A stretch of 64,000 nt of DNA, taken from the NCBI GenBank assembly GCA_030019365.1, contig JASEFA010000001.1, positions 398,953-462,952 of the forward strand, given 5' to 3'. Position 1 is the first letter of the stretch, and every line of letters begins with the position of its first letter. This document shows positions 27,874 through 38,288 of this stretch, in pieces. The DNA comes from Bacillota bacterium (lineage in GTDB: Bacteria; Bacillota; Sulfobacillia; JACIYH01). Under the pieces are notes generated by a model. It had not been told where the DNA came from, searched no databases, and saw nothing but the letters and a program-made list of their open reading frames with translations. The position numbers and the translations under genes were made by a program.

Positions 27874-29757
27874 TCATGCCTCCCCGCCGGCTGCTGCCCG
27901 GTGGCGGGAAACCAGCCCTCGGGCGACCTGGGCCACCCCCTGCGGAGTGAGGCCATAGTGCTCCAGCCACTCCGCCCGGGCGCCGTGGGGCACGTGCTCG
28001 TCGGGGATGCCCAGCACCTTCACCGTGACCCGCAGGCCGGCGCGGGCCAGGGCCTCCAGCACGGCACTTCCGAATCCCCCCTGGCATACATGCTCCTCTG
28101 CGGTGACCACGCGTCCCGTGCGGGCAGCCCACTCCAGCACCAGGGATTCGTCGAGGGGCTTCACGAAGCGGGCGTCGATCACGGCCGCCCGGATGCCCTC
28201 CCACTCCAGCAGCCGAGCCGCCGCCAGAGCCACCTCCACCATCGTGCCCACTCCCAGGAGGAGGACGTCGTTGCCCGCCCGCAGCAACTCACCCTGTCCC
28301 ACGCCCGGGATCTGCCGGTCGGAATCACCGAGCCGGGCCGGGGTCACGGCGCGCGGGTAACGCACGGCCAGGGGACCGTCCATCTGCAGTCCCAGTTGCA
28401 GGAGAGCCTTCAGGTCGGGCACGTCCCGCGGGCACGCCACTGTCATGCCCGGGATGTGGCGCAGATAGGCGAGGTCGTACAGGCCCTGGTGGGTGGAGCC
28501 GTCTTCTCCCACCACCCCGGCCCGATCCAGGCAGAGTGCGACGGGAAGCCCCTGCCTGGCCACATCGTGCACCACCTGGTCGTATGCCCGCTGCAGAAAA
28601 GTAGAATATATCGCCACCAGGGGCCGCATACCGCCGGCGGCCAGCCCGGCGGCAAAGGTTACGGCATGGCCCTCGGCGATGCCCACGTCGAAGAACCGGT
28701 TCGGGAAGCGCCGGGCAAATTCCCCCAGTCCCGTGCCATCCCGCATGGCCGCGGTGATGGCGACCACCCGGGGATCGGCTTCCGCCATCTGGCAGGCGAT
28801 GGCCCCGAATGCCTGGCTCCACGTGGTGCCGTTTCCCGGTCTGACGCGTCCCGTCTCCAGATCGTAGGGACCGGGCCCGTGGAAGACACTGGGTTCCGCC
28901 TCCGCCGGACCGTACCCGCGCCCCTTGCGAGTAACCGCATGCACCAGCACGGGGCCGTCCAGATCCCGGGCCTGCCGCAGCACCTCCTGGAGGCCGGCGA
29001 TATCGTGGCCGTCCACCGGACCCAGGTATGTGAATCCTAGGGTTTCGAAGAATATGCCCGGCAGGAGGAGGTACTTGATGCTGCCCTTGATCCGTTCCAC
29101 CGCCCCGATCAGGTCCACCGGCCCCACCCGCTCCAGGATCTTCTTGATGCGGGCCTTGGCTCCCCGGTAGGAGGCCGCCGAGCGCAGCCTGGCCAGGTAG
29201 CGGGCCATGGCGCCCACGTTGGGCGATATGGACATGGAGTTGTCATTGAGGATTACGATCAGGTGCGTACCGTCCTGGCCGGCGTGGTTCATGGCCTCGT
29301 AGGCCAGCCCGCCGGTGAGGGCACCGTCCCCCAGGATGGCCACCACCTGGCGGGGCTGGACCCCGAGGTCGCGGGCCTTGGCAAATCCCATGGCCGCCGA
29401 CACGGACGTGGAAGCGTGGCCGGTGCCGAAATGGTCGTGTTCGGACTCTCCGCGTTCGGGATAGCCGGAAATACCGCCCTTCTGCCGCAGGGAGGAAAAG
29501 GCTTCCCGGCGTCCGGTGAGAATCTTATGGGCATATGCCTGGTGCCCCACATCCCATATGATGACGTCGCGAGGGCTGGAAAAAACAGAATGAACCGCCA
29601 GGGCGAGCTCCACTGCCCCCAGGCTGGGGCCTACGTGTCCGCCGCTACGCGAGGTCACTGCGGTGATGAGGGACCTCAGCTCGGCGGCCAGGCCTTCCAG
29701 TTGGCGCGCGCTCAACCCCTTGAGATCCTCGGGACCCCTGACGCTTTCCAGAACCAC
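27874..29757 (-). CDS. dxs: 1-deoxy-D-xylulose-5-phosphate synthase
   Basis: TPP motif GDGALTGG...NDN, transketolase-like domains; start placed at GTG 29757 after GGAGACGGGG (track begins at TTG 29799). Confidence 0.85.
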   Translation of the reverse strand: MVLESVRGPEDLKGLSARQLEGLAAELRSLITAVTSRSGGHVGPSLGAVELALAVHSVFSSPRDVIIWDVGHQAYAHKILTGRREAFSSLRQKGGISGYPERGESEHDHFGTGHASTSVSAAMGFAKARDLGVQPRQVVAILGDGALTGGLAYEAMNHAGQDGTHLIVILNDNSMSISPNVGAMARYLARLRSAASYRGAKARIKKILERVGPVDLIGAVERIKGSIKYLLLPGIFFETLGFTYLGPVDGHDIAGLQEVLRQARDLDGPVLVHAVTRKGRGYGPAEAEPSVFHGPGPYDLETGRVRPGNGTTWSQAFGAIACQMAEADPRVVAITAAMRDGTGLGEFARRFPNRFFDVGIAEGHAVTFAAGLAAGGMRPLVAIYSTFLQRAYDQVVHDVARQGLPVALCLDRAGVVGEDGSTHQGLYDLAYLRHIPGMTVACPRDVPDLKALLQLGLQMDGPLAVRYPRAVTPARLGDSDRQIPGVGQGELLRAGNDVLLLGVGTMVEVALAAARLLEWEGIRAAVIDARFVKPLDESLVLEWAARTGRVVTAEEHVCQGGFGSAVLEALARAGLRVTVKVLGIPDEHVPHGARAEWLEHYGLTPQGVAQVARGLVSRHRAAAGGEA

Positions 29758-30407
29758 TGCCCCGTCTCCGTGGAACCATAAAGGTTGGGCAGGTGGCAAC
29801 CGGGCGGGTAAAGGTTGTGGCTTAGGTCCAGCAGGCTTTCCCTACGGGACACCCGGGCGTCGCCGCGCGGGCGGTTTCCCTTTACGTCCCGCCTCGTGGC
29901 GTCACCGGCCACGGCGCTGGATCACCACTCAGCACACACTGCAATCCCCGCCCGGCCTCCCCGGTGGAAACAGCCTAGGAGTTTTCCTCCACAGCACCCG
30001 TCATCTCCTAGCCTCTTTTGCAGACGGGGTTTCGGGCAGCACCGCTGCCGCCAGCGGGCCCACCGGCGGGATGCTGAACCTGCCATCCCCCCGCCCACTC
30101 AAGGCGGGCTACGCTGCACCCCGCTTGCCGGCGGGATGCAGGTTTCCCCCGGGCCGCAGGCCACACCCGCGCGCCCGGGCCTCCCCGGGGATAGGGTCTA
30201 CGCCTACATGCCGTTGTAGATCGCCCCTTCCCCTTTCCCCCAGCCCCGGCCCACAACTGGGCGTCGCAAGCCAAAACCAGGGGCTTCATCGTTGTGCCCG
30301 CGACGGATTTTTAGGCCCGTCTTCAGAGATGGGGGCACCGACTAGGATACTGCGCCACCTGCCGCAAAAGCTGTGCATTCTCAATATAACACGACCCGGC
30401 TCGCCAA

Positions 30408-31301
30408 TCAAATGGAGCGGCGGTATCCTGCCCCCGCTCGGGCGACCAGGTACGTCAGGGCGCCGCTCCTGTAGCCCAGTGACCGCACCAGGCGCAGGCA
30501 GGCTTGCCCTTCCTCGTCCGCCCGCCGTTCGGCCTCCTCCCGGCCCCATATGGCCGCAGCGTTCATCCCCGTTGCATCCTGCCCGGACGCCCAGTCGTCC
30601 AGGTCGTCCCGCATCTGGAAGGCCCGGCCCAGGTGCAGGCCGCAGCGGTCCAGGACCTCCATCGTTTGGGGGTCCGCACCGGCGAGCAGGCCACCCATGC
30701 GCAGGCAGGCCCGGAAGAGCGCTCCGGTCTTGGCGTCAGCCACGAAATCGTAGCTTTGCGGTGATGGTTCCCAAAGTAAGTCGCCCACCTGGCCGCCGGC
30801 CAGTCCCTGGGAGCCGCACGCCCGCGCCAGCTCTTCCACCAGTCGCCCTGCCAGATCGCCGGGGTAGGACGCCAGGACGCCGAAGGCCAGCGCGAGCAGG
30901 GCGTTGCCCGCCAGCAGGGCCACCGCCTGGCCGAAAACCCGGTGACAGGTGGGGCGCCCGCGGCGCAACTCGTCGTCGTCCATGCAGGGGAGGTCGTCGT
31001 GGACCAGGGAGTAGGAGTGGACCAGCTCCACGGCACATGCCCCCGCCAGGGCAGAGGCGGCCCGGTCTCCCAGGTGGGCGGCTGCCATTACCAGCAGGGG
31101 ACGCAGGCGCTTCCCTCCCGGGAAAACGGCATAGCGCATGGCGGCATGGAGCTCCCGGGGCGGTAGTTCCTCGCGCGGCAGGAGCCGTGCCAGGTGCTCT
31201 TCCACCGCCGCCCGCCAGTCAGCGAGCAGGCGGGCCGCTTCCGGATTCTCCGGGCCCCGGTCCTCCGGGCCAGGGTTCTTCGTCCGGTTCACCATCTTCA
31301 C
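30408..31301 (-). CDS. ispA: geranyl/farnesyl diphosphate synthase (polyprenyl synthetase)
   Basis: First and second aspartate-rich motifs (LVHDDLPCMDDDELRRG; FQMRDDLDD). Confidence 0.85.
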   Translation of the reverse strand: MKMVNRTKNPGPEDRGPENPEAARLLADWRAAVEEHLARLLPREELPPRELHAAMRYAVFPGGKRLRPLLVMAAAHLGDRAASALAGACAVELVHSYSLVHDDLPCMDDDELRRGRPTCHRVFGQAVALLAGNALLALAFGVLASYPGDLAGRLVEELARACGSQGLAGGQVGDLLWEPSPQSYDFVADAKTGALFRACLRMGGLLAGADPQTMEVLDRCGLHLGRAFQMRDDLDDWASGQDATGMNAAAIWGREEAERRADEEGQACLRLVRSLGYRSGALTYLVARAGAGYRRSI

Positions 31302-31491
31302 CCTGTATGAGTTTTGCCATCCTGCCCTCCGCCTCGTCCAGGCGGCGCTGGCACACCCCGAGCAACCTGGTCCCTTCCTCGAAGAGACGCAGCGACTCCT
31401 CCAGGCCGGCGTTACCCTGCTCCAGGGCGCGCACGATCTGCTCGAGCTGGGCCAGGGCTTCTTCGAAACGGGGTTCGGGAGGCTGTTTCAC
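31219..31491 (-). CDS. xseB: exodeoxyribonuclease VII small subunit
   Basis: 90 aa, FEEALAQLEQIVRALEQG...LEESLRLFEEGTRL; acidic tail; overlaps the ispA start by ~80 nt. Confidence 0.8.
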   Translation of the reverse strand: MKQPPEPRFEEALAQLEQIVRALEQGNAGLEESLRLFEEGTRLLGVCQRRLDEAEGRMAKLIQGEDGEPDEEPWPGGPGPGESGSGPPAR

Positions 31492-32747
31492 CGTCCATCC
31501 CCCCCTGGGAGCTCCCGGGTGGCCTGCACCCGGCAGTCCATTTCTCCGTCCTTCAGCCTCACCACCACCTCATCGGGCACTGCCACCTCGTCCACGCTGG
31601 CCACCACCTGCCGCCCGGGCAGGCGGTAGCAGATGGCATACCCGCGACTCAGCACCGCCCGCGGGTCCAGAGCCGCCAGCTGCCCCGCGCATGCCTCCAC
31701 CTTCAACCGCCGGGTACGGAGGTGGTTCCCCAGGGCCCGCTCCAACCTCTCCGCCAGGAGATCCACGGCCTGGCGACGCTGCCACACCACGTCGGCGGGG
31801 CGGGCCAGGCAGGGCCGGACCGCCAGCTCATCGAGCCGCTCTCTAAGGCGGGCCAGCTGCCCCGCCACGGCCACGCGCAGGCGGCTGCGCCAGCCGCTCA
31901 GGACCTCTTCCCACCGGGCCCGGTCGGGAACCACGATCTCGGCCGCGTGGGAGGGGGTGGCCGCCCGCACGTCCGCCACCAGGTCGGCGATGGTGACATC
32001 CGACTCGTGGCCCACCGCGGACACCACCGGGAGGGCGGACCGGGATATGGCCCGTGCCACCTCTTCCGTGTTGAAGGCCCACAGCTCTTCCATCGACCCG
32101 CCCCCGCGAGCCACGATGATCACCTCCGCCAGGCGGTACCGGTTCACCAGATCCAGGGCCGCCGCGATTTCCCCCGGTGCTTCCAGGCCCTGCACCTGGA
32201 CGGGTACCAGGAGCAGGTCGAAGCGGGGGAACCGGCGGTGGGCAACCCGCACGATGTCCCGGATGACGGCGCCGGTGGGGGATGTGATCACCGCCACCCG
32301 GGCCGGTACCTGCGGGAGCGGCCGCTTACGTGCCGGTGCAAAGAGCCCCTCCTCCTCCAGGCGCCGGCGCAGCTCCTCCAGGGCCTGCCACAACGCCCCC
32401 AGTCCGTCCGGGTGCATCTCCTCCACATACAGCTGATAGATGCCGTCCCTTTCGAACACCCCGATGGAGCCCCGGCACAGCACGCTTATGCCGTTGGCTG
32501 GCGCAAAGACCAGACCCGCCACCCGGGACGAGAACATCACACATGCCAGGCGCGACTCCCCGTCCCGCAGGGAGAAATAGAGGTGGCCTCGCGAGTGGTG
32601 CTTGAAGTTGGCGATTTCCCCGCGCACCCAGGTGTCCTGCAGAGGGGCCTGTTCCTCGAGAACGTGTTTGATGTGGCGGGTGATTTCGCTCACCCGCCAC
32701 ACCTTCTCCTCCGGCCCCCGGGGAGCCAGCTTCCAGGTCATGAGCAC
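31488..32747 (-). CDS. xseA: exodeoxyribonuclease VII large subunit
   Basis: OB-fold N-terminus (VWRVSEITRHIKHVLEE...GEIANFKHHSRGHLYFSLRD) and catalytic domain; 4-nt overlap with xseB. Confidence 0.85.
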   Translation of the reverse strand: MLMTWKLAPRGPEEKVWRVSEITRHIKHVLEEQAPLQDTWVRGEIANFKHHSRGHLYFSLRDGESRLACVMFSSRVAGLVFAPANGISVLCRGSIGVFERDGIYQLYVEEMHPDGLGALWQALEELRRRLEEEGLFAPARKRPLPQVPARVAVITSPTGAVIRDIVRVAHRRFPRFDLLLVPVQVQGLEAPGEIAAALDLVNRYRLAEVIIVARGGGSMEELWAFNTEEVARAISRSALPVVSAVGHESDVTIADLVADVRAATPSHAAEIVVPDRARWEEVLSGWRSRLRVAVAGQLARLRERLDELAVRPCLARPADVVWQRRQAVDLLAERLERALGNHLRTRRLKVEACAGQLAALDPRAVLSRGYAICYRLPGRQVVASVDEVAVPDEVVVRLKDGEMDCRVQATRELPGGDGR

Positions 32748-32774
32748 ACCCCGCCGGATGGCACCGCTCGACGG

Positions 32775-33629
32775 CTAGGCCAGGCCCGCCTGCCTCCTGG
32801 CCGCCTCCACCGTGTTCTTGAGCAGCATGGCGATGGTCATGGGGCCCACGCCGCCCGGCACCGGAGTAATGGCCGAGGCCACGTCGACCGCCGACTCGAA
32901 ATCCACGTCGCCCACCAGCTTGCCGTCTTCGGGGTTGACGCCCACGTCGATGACCACCGCGCCCGGCTTGATCATGTCGCCCCGGACGGCCCGGGCTTTG
33001 CCCACGGCCACCACCAGCACGTCGGCGGCACGGGTCTCCGCCCCCAGGTCCTGCGTGCGGGAATGGCAGATGGTGACGGTGGCGTGTCGGGAGAGGAGCA
33101 GCAGGGCCACTGGCTTGCCCACGATGTTGGAACGGCCCACCACCACGGCCCGCTTACCCTTGAGGTCGACCCCGGTGTGCTCGAGCAGGTGCAGGATCCC
33201 CTGCGGCGTGCAGGGGACGAAGCACCTCTCGCCGATGAGGAGCCGCCCCTGGTTCACGGGGTGGAATCCGTCCACATCCTTTTCCGGGCTGATGGCGTCG
33301 AAGCAGCGCCGTTCGTCGATATGCCCGGGCACAGGATGCTGGAGCAGGATGCCCGAGATCTCCGGGCGGGCGTTGAGCTCGCCGATCAGGCGCAGCACCT
33401 CATGCTCCGGCGTGTCGGCGGGCAGGCGGTACACTTCCGAATGGATGCCGGCGTCCTTGCAGGCCCGTTCCTTGTTGCGCACATAGGTCTTGGAAGCCGG
33501 GTCTTCCCCCACCAGGATCACCGCCAGACCGGGCAGGATACCCCGCTCCTTGAGACCGGCCACTTCCGCGCGGACCTCGGCGCGCGCTGCCTCGGCGACG
33601 GCCTTGCCGTCGATGATGCGTGCACTCAT
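32775..33629 (-). CDS. folD: bifunctional methylene-THF dehydrogenase/methenyl-THF cyclohydrolase
   Basis: [12 protein letters not shown]..., [15 protein letters not shown] motifs; start trimmed to ATG 33629. Confidence 0.85.
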   Translation of the reverse strand: MSARIIDGKAVAEAARAEVRAEVAGLKERGILPGLAVILVGEDPASKTYVRNKERACKDAGIHSEVYRLPADTPEHEVLRLIGELNARPEISGILLQHPVPGHIDERRCFDAISPEKDVDGFHPVNQGRLLIGERCFVPCTPQGILHLLEHTGVDLKGKRAVVVGRSNIVGKPVALLLLSRHATVTICHSRTQDLGAETRAADVLVVAVGKARAVRGDMIKPGAVVIDVGVNPEDGKLVGDVDFESAVDVASAITPVPGGVGPMTIAMLLKNTVEAARRQAGLA

Positions 33630-35026
33630 CCCTGCTTCCCCCCTTCGGACAGATAGCGGTCGATGCCCGCGGCCGCCCGGCGTCCCGCTCCCATGGCCAG
33701 GATCACCGTGGCCGCCCCCGTCACGCTGTCGCCTCCAGCGAAGACCCCGGGCCGGGTGGTCATGCCGGTTTCCTCGTCGATGATGAGCCCTCCCCACCTG
33801 GTGGTCTGCAGGCCGGAGCTGGAACGGGAAACCAGGGGGTTGGGTGTGGTGCCGATGGCAATGACGACCGTGTCCACGTCCAGATGGTACTCACTGCCCG
33901 GAATGGGCACGGGGCGCCTGCGCCCGGAGGCATCCGGCTCCCCCAGCTCCATGCGCTGGCAGACCATCCCCTTCACCCAGCCCTTCTCGTCCCCCAGGAT
34001 CTCAACGGGCGCGGTGAGCAGGTGGAACTCGATACCTTCCTCTTTGGCATGGTGGATTTCTTCGCGCCGGGCGGGCATCTCCTCCCAGGTACGGCGGTAT
34101 ACGATGTAGACCTTTTCGGGACCCAGGCGCAGGGCGCAGCGGGCTGCGTCCATGGCCACGTTCCCCGCCCCCACCACCGCCACCCGGCGGCCGCTCTTGA
34201 CCGGGGTGTCATACTCGGGGAACAGGTACCCCTTCATGAGGTTGATGCGGGTCAGGAATTCGTTGGCCGAGTACACCCCGCACAGGTTCTCGCCCGGGAT
34301 GCCCAGGAAGTTGGGGAGCCCCGCCCCCGTGCCCAGGAACACGGCCTGGTAGCCGTCGGCGAAGAGGTCGTCCACGGTAAGCGTCTTTCCCACCACCGCG
34401 TCCGTCCTGATCTCCACCCCCAGGGCGCGCAGCCCGTCGATCTCCGCCTGTACCACCGCCTTGGGCAGACGAAACTCGGGGATACCGTACATCAGGACCC
34501 CGCCGGGCACGTGCAGGGCTTCGAAGACGGTAACCTGGTATCCCTTCTGAGCCAGGTCGCTGGCGCAGGTGAGCCCGGCCGGTCCGGAGCCCACCACGGC
34601 CACCCTCTTGCCGTTGGGGGAAGGCTTCTCGGCCAGGCGGAGGCCCTGCTCGCGCGCCCAGTCGCCCAGGTACCGCTCCAGGCGTCCGATGGCGACCGGC
34701 TCGTTCTTCTTGCCCATCAGGCAGTACCTTTCGCACTGCTCCTCCTGCGGGCATACCCGCCCGCATATGGAAGGCAAGATGTTGGTCGACCAGATGCTGC
34801 GGTAGGCGCCCTCCACGTCACCGCCACGCAGCTTACCGATGAACTCCTTGATGCGGACGTTGACCGGGCACCCCTGCTCGCAGGTGGGATTCTTGCATTG
34901 CAGGCAGCGTTCCGCCTCCTCCTGCGCCAGTTCGGGGGTAAGGCCCAGCGCCACCTCCCGGAAGTTGCGGATGCGTTCCTCCGGGTGCTGCTCGGGCATG
35001 GGTACCTTGGTCTTGCGGAGCGGCAT
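33626..35026 (-). CDS. GltD-like NAD(P)H-dependent FAD/Fe-S oxidoreductase (NfnB / sulfide dehydrogenase alpha-like)
   Basis: N-terminal Fe-S cysteines ([16 protein letters not shown]), two GxGxxG dinucleotide folds; paired with a PyrK-like subunit. Confidence 0.7.
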   Translation of the reverse strand: MPLRKTKVPMPEQHPEERIRNFREVALGLTPELAQEEAERCLQCKNPTCEQGCPVNVRIKEFIGKLRGGDVEGAYRSIWSTNILPSICGRVCPQEEQCERYCLMGKKNEPVAIGRLERYLGDWAREQGLRLAEKPSPNGKRVAVVGSGPAGLTCASDLAQKGYQVTVFEALHVPGGVLMYGIPEFRLPKAVVQAEIDGLRALGVEIRTDAVVGKTLTVDDLFADGYQAVFLGTGAGLPNFLGIPGENLCGVYSANEFLTRINLMKGYLFPEYDTPVKSGRRVAVVGAGNVAMDAARCALRLGPEKVYIVYRRTWEEMPARREEIHHAKEEGIEFHLLTAPVEILGDEKGWVKGMVCQRMELGEPDASGRRRPVPIPGSEYHLDVDTVVIAIGTTPNPLVSRSSSGLQTTRWGGLIIDEETGMTTRPGVFAGGDSVTGAATVILAMGAGRRAAAGIDRYLSEGGKQG

Positions 35027-35871
35027 CAGGCCTCACCTCCACCGTGGCAGCTGCACTTCTCGTAGTGTTCCAGGGCCAGCTTCTGCTCGGCATCGTACAT
35101 GTGACCCCGCCGCACCGCCAGGTCGAAGTCCACCTGGTGGGCGTCGAAGATGGGCCCGTCCACGCAGGCGAAGCGGGTCTGGCCGCCCACACTGACCCGG
35201 CACACCCCGCACATCCCCGTGCCGTCCACCATGATGGGGTCCAGGCTGACCAGGGTGCGGATACCGTGCGGCCTCGTCACCTCCGCCACCGCCCGCATCA
35301 TCACCATGGGGCCGATGGCGATGACCTCGTCCAGATGCTCGCCCCGGGAGATGAGCGTCTGCAGGACATCGGTGACCATCCCCTGCATGCCCCGGGAGCC
35401 ATCGTTGGTGGAGACCAGGTAGCGGTCGCTCACCGCCTGCAGTTCCTCCTCCAGGATCAGGAGCTCGGCGGTGCGGGCCCCGTTGATAGCGATCACCTGT
35501 ACGTCCCGTTCGTGCAGGGCCCGGGCGATGGGGATGATGGGGGCCACCCCGAATCCGCCTCCCACCACGGCCACGGTGCCACCCTCCCGCAGGGGACAGG
35601 GCTGGCCCAGGGGACCCACCACGTCGGCGAGGGCATCACCATCGCCCAGGGCGATGAGTTCGCGGGTGCTCTTGCCCACCGCCTGGATGACGATGCTCAA
35701 GACCCCGTCCCGGCCGGCGTCCATGATGGTGAGCGGGATGCGCTCCGACTTCTCCCCCAGCCTGACGATGACAAACTGTCCCGGCCGGGCGTGCCGGCAG
35801 ACCAGGGGAGCCTCAACTTCGAACAGCACGGTGACCGGCGTCAACACTCGCTTCTTCCGGATGCGAAACAC
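35026..35871 (-). CDS. PyrK-like FAD/[2Fe-2S] electron-transfer subunit (NfnA-like)
   Basis: Ferredoxin-NADP reductase-like fold with a C-terminal Cys cluster (CGVCRV...C); GTG start 35871 with a GGGAGGGG Shine-Dalgarno. Confidence 0.65.
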   Translation of the reverse strand: MFRIRKKRVLTPVTVLFEVEAPLVCRHARPGQFVIVRLGEKSERIPLTIMDAGRDGVLSIVIQAVGKSTRELIALGDGDALADVVGPLGQPCPLREGGTVAVVGGGFGVAPIIPIARALHERDVQVIAINGARTAELLILEEELQAVSDRYLVSTNDGSRGMQGMVTDVLQTLISRGEHLDEVIAIGPMVMMRAVAEVTRPHGIRTLVSLDPIMVDGTGMCGVCRVSVGGQTRFACVDGPIFDAHQVDFDLAVRRGHMYDAEQKLALEHYEKCSCHGGGEA

Positions 35872-35933
35872 CAATCCACCCCTCCCACGTCTGATGTTAC
35901 ACCCATCACAAGACCGGCGCAAAAAAGCGGGGG

Positions 35934-37058
35934 TCACCCGCCCCGATCCTCACCGCTATTCGACGCCTGCGGTGACAAGTCCTTTCCGCCCCAAACGCGC
36001 GCGAACTCCCACCAGCCCCACCTCCCCACTCCCACGGCGTTGTCGGTGCACAGGCCGGGGGGTGGGAAATGCAGCCGCACTCCCACTGCGGGGTGGCCCA
36101 GGCGATGGCACAATCGTTCCCGCACCAGGGTCGATGCCGCCACCCCGCCCACCACCAGCACGGCCTGTGGTTCACCAGCCTCCAGAGCGGCCAGGACCAT
36201 CTTCTCGAGGGCCCTGGCCACGCAGAGCAGCGCCGCCCGCGCCACCTGGGCCGGAGGTGTCCCCTTCCCGATGAGGCGCATGGCGGCCGCCTCGGGCCCG
36301 GCGAAGCTGGGCCGGAAACCGCGCACCGTGACCGGGATGGCCACTTCGGGCCCGGCCGGCGGCCCCTTTCCGGGCAGACCCGCGCCCCTGCCCTTCTCTG
36401 CCGCCGGTTCCGGCTCGCCAGGCGCTTCGGCGGCCAGGCGGTCCAGGTACGGCCCGGCGGGAAAAGGGAGGCCCAGGGCCACGCCCACCCGGTCCAGGAA
36501 CTGGCCGGCGTGCAGGTCCAGGCTGGTCCCCAGGGACGCGATCTCCCAGGGAGGCCCGCCCCGCAGGCGGACCAGCTCGGTCGTGCCCCCGGAAACGTGC
36601 AGGCCCAGAAGGGTATCCGGGAGGCGCGGGAGGTTCGGGGTGGTACCCGGGAGGCCAATCTCCCACCCGGCCGCCAGATGCCCTTCCTGGTGAGAAACCG
36701 CCACCAGGGGAACCCCCAGGGCGGCGGCCAGGCTGCGTGCGAACCCTTCGCCCACCCTGAATACCGGCAGGTAGGAATCCTGCGGGGGGCGAGGGCGGCT
36801 GCTGACCGCCACCGCCTGGACCTGCCACCCCGCGCGGCGGGCCCCGTCCATGGCCTGCTCCACCAGGGCGGGCAGGCGCACCAGGTGGGCGAACACCGCC
36901 TCCCCCTGCCGCAGGCCCCTCTCCCCCGGGGCAACCGGCAGGGGAACGCGCAGATCGAGCAGCCCACCTCCCCCGGGCCCTACCAGGGAACAGGACGTGG
37001 TGTAGCACGAGGTATCCAGGCCCAGGATCACCCGGCGGTCCACGGTGCCCGGGGCCAC
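35934..37058 (-). CDS. tsaD: Kae1/TsaD-family protein (probable tRNA t6A synthesis TsaD) with unusual insertions
   Basis: ILGLDTSC N-terminus, metal-binding HQEGH, VSGGTT, C-terminal CTDNAVGVG; longer and more divergent than a typical TsaD. Confidence 0.5.
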   Translation of the reverse strand: MAPGTVDRRVILGLDTSCYTTSCSLVGPGGGGLLDLRVPLPVAPGERGLRQGEAVFAHLVRLPALVEQAMDGARRAGWQVQAVAVSSRPRPPQDSYLPVFRVGEGFARSLAAALGVPLVAVSHQEGHLAAGWEIGLPGTTPNLPRLPDTLLGLHVSGGTTELVRLRGGPPWEIASLGTSLDLHAGQFLDRVGVALGLPFPAGPYLDRLAAEAPGEPEPAAEKGRGAGLPGKGPPAGPEVAIPVTVRGFRPSFAGPEAAAMRLIGKGTPPAQVARAALLCVARALEKMVLAALEAGEPQAVLVVGGVAASTLVRERLCHRLGHPAVGVRLHFPPPGLCTDNAVGVGRWGWWEFARVWGGKDLSPQASNSGEDRGG

Positions 37059-37059
37059 T

Positions 37060-37482
37060 TCACCCCGCCGGGGCGGGAACCCGCCCCAGCCGGCGCGCCA
37101 GCTCCCCCAGCACTCCGTTTATGAAGCGCGGGGATTCCTCGGTACCATAAAGCTTGGCCAGTTCCACCGCTTCATTGATGGTGGCGCTGGCGGGGATGTC
37201 CGCCCGGTGGAGCAGCTCGTAGGCGGCCAGCCGCAGGATGTTCCGGTCCACTCCGGGCATCCGGTTGACCTTCCATCCCTCGGAGCATTCGGAGAGCAGG
37301 CGGTCGATATCCTCCCGGTGGCAGGTCGATCCCGCCGCCAGCTCCCGGGCGAATTCAGCCGACCCCGCCGGCAGGCCTTCCCCCTCTATGGCCAGAGGCC
37401 ACGCTTCCTCCAGGGTGTGCCTCCCCAGATCCATCTGGAAAAGCACCTTCAGCGCCACCTCACGGGCCTTGCGCCGCGCCAC
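37060..37482 (-). CDS. nusB: transcription antitermination factor NusB
   Basis: RRKAREVALKVLFQMD..., RLAAYELLHRADIPASATINEAVELAK; GTG start chosen. Confidence 0.8.
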   Translation of the reverse strand: MARRKAREVALKVLFQMDLGRHTLEEAWPLAIEGEGLPAGSAEFARELAAGSTCHREDIDRLLSECSEGWKVNRMPGVDRNILRLAAYELLHRADIPASATINEAVELAKLYGTEESPRFINGVLGELARRLGRVPAPAG

Positions 37483-37492
37483 GGGACCAGGA

Positions 37493-37738
37493 TCACGTCC
37501 TTCCCGGCGGCAGGTACTTCTCCAGGAGTTCCACCCAGCGCTCCTTGTCCTCGTCGATGCGTTTCCCGACGAAATACCCGGCCGCCGTACAAATGCAGAT
37601 GAAGATCGCCCACAGAAAACCGTAATGGTGAACCACGAGGGCGAAGGCAAGTCCCACTGCGCCCCCGATCAGCCTTCCCTTGAAGGGACGGATTATATGC
37701 CACCCCTGCCGCAGCCACTCGGGAGCCATGCCCGCCAC
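37493..37738 (-). CDS. DUF2273-type small membrane protein
   Basis: 81 aa, two TMs; conserved partner of amaP/asp23. Confidence 0.55.
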   Translation of the reverse strand: MAGMAPEWLRQGWHIIRPFKGRLIGGAVGLAFALVVHHYGFLWAIFICICTAAGYFVGKRIDEDKERWVELLEKYLPPGRT

Positions 37739-37751
37739 CTCGCCCCCGCCG

Positions 37752-38288
37752 TCATTCTACGCGGCGCCGCGGCTCGGTGCTGATGTTTTCCACCATCACC
37801 TGCACCTCGACCACCCCCACGCCCACCACGTCCCGGACGTACCGGTCCACCGCCTTCTGCACTTCCTCGGACACCTTGGGGATACTCACGTCCGGGCTAA
37901 CGGTCAGGCGGAGGTGGACGGAAAGGCCTGCCGCCCCGTACCTCACCCATCCCCGTACATCACGCACTCCCACGCACTGCCTGGCCACCCGGCGCACCAG
38001 GTTCTCAACGGCCACCAGGGAGACGCTCACGTCCCCCATGGAGGTCTCATGCACCACGCTCCGCGATGTGCGCTGGCTGCGGACCCCCAGGGTGAGAAAG
38101 CGAACGGAGAAGGCGAAGAATATGACGCCCAATACTCCCAGCACCCAGCGGGACTGGGGGTCGCCCAGGCTGGCCTGCAACGCGGCCACCGGGCCCTGCC
38201 ATCCCCAGGCCACCGCCACCACCACCAGCGATACCACCGCCAGGCAGAGGCTGTAAAAGGCCAGAAAGACCCTGTCCGCCAGACTCAT
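37752..38288 (-). CDS. amaP: Asp23-family membrane anchor (AmaP-like)
   Basis: N-terminal TM helices plus an Asp23/Gls24-like domain; overlaps asp23 by 4 nt. Confidence 0.6.
   Translation of the reverse strand: MSLADRVFLAFYSLCLAVVSLVVVAVAWGWQGPVAALQASLGDPQSRWVLGVLGVIFFAFSVRFLTLGVRSQRTSRSVVHETSMGDVSVSLVAVENLVRRVARQCVGVRDVRGWVRYGAAGLSVHLRLTVSPDVSIPKVSEEVQKAVDRYVRDVVGVGVVEVQVMVENISTEPRRRVE

Noticed and set aside
29758-30407. Possible RNase P RNA, tmRNA, SRP RNA or TPP riboswitch in the ispA-dxs spacer
   Set aside because: Could not find the diagnostic cores (GGAAAGUCCGG/ACAGAAnCCGGCUUA; GGUUCGAnUCC T-arm with CCA; the AGGUCCGGAAGGAAGCAGC SRP motif; the CUGAGA...CCUGAUCUGGAUAAUGCCAGCG TPP pattern) by eye; kept only as an unexplained spacer
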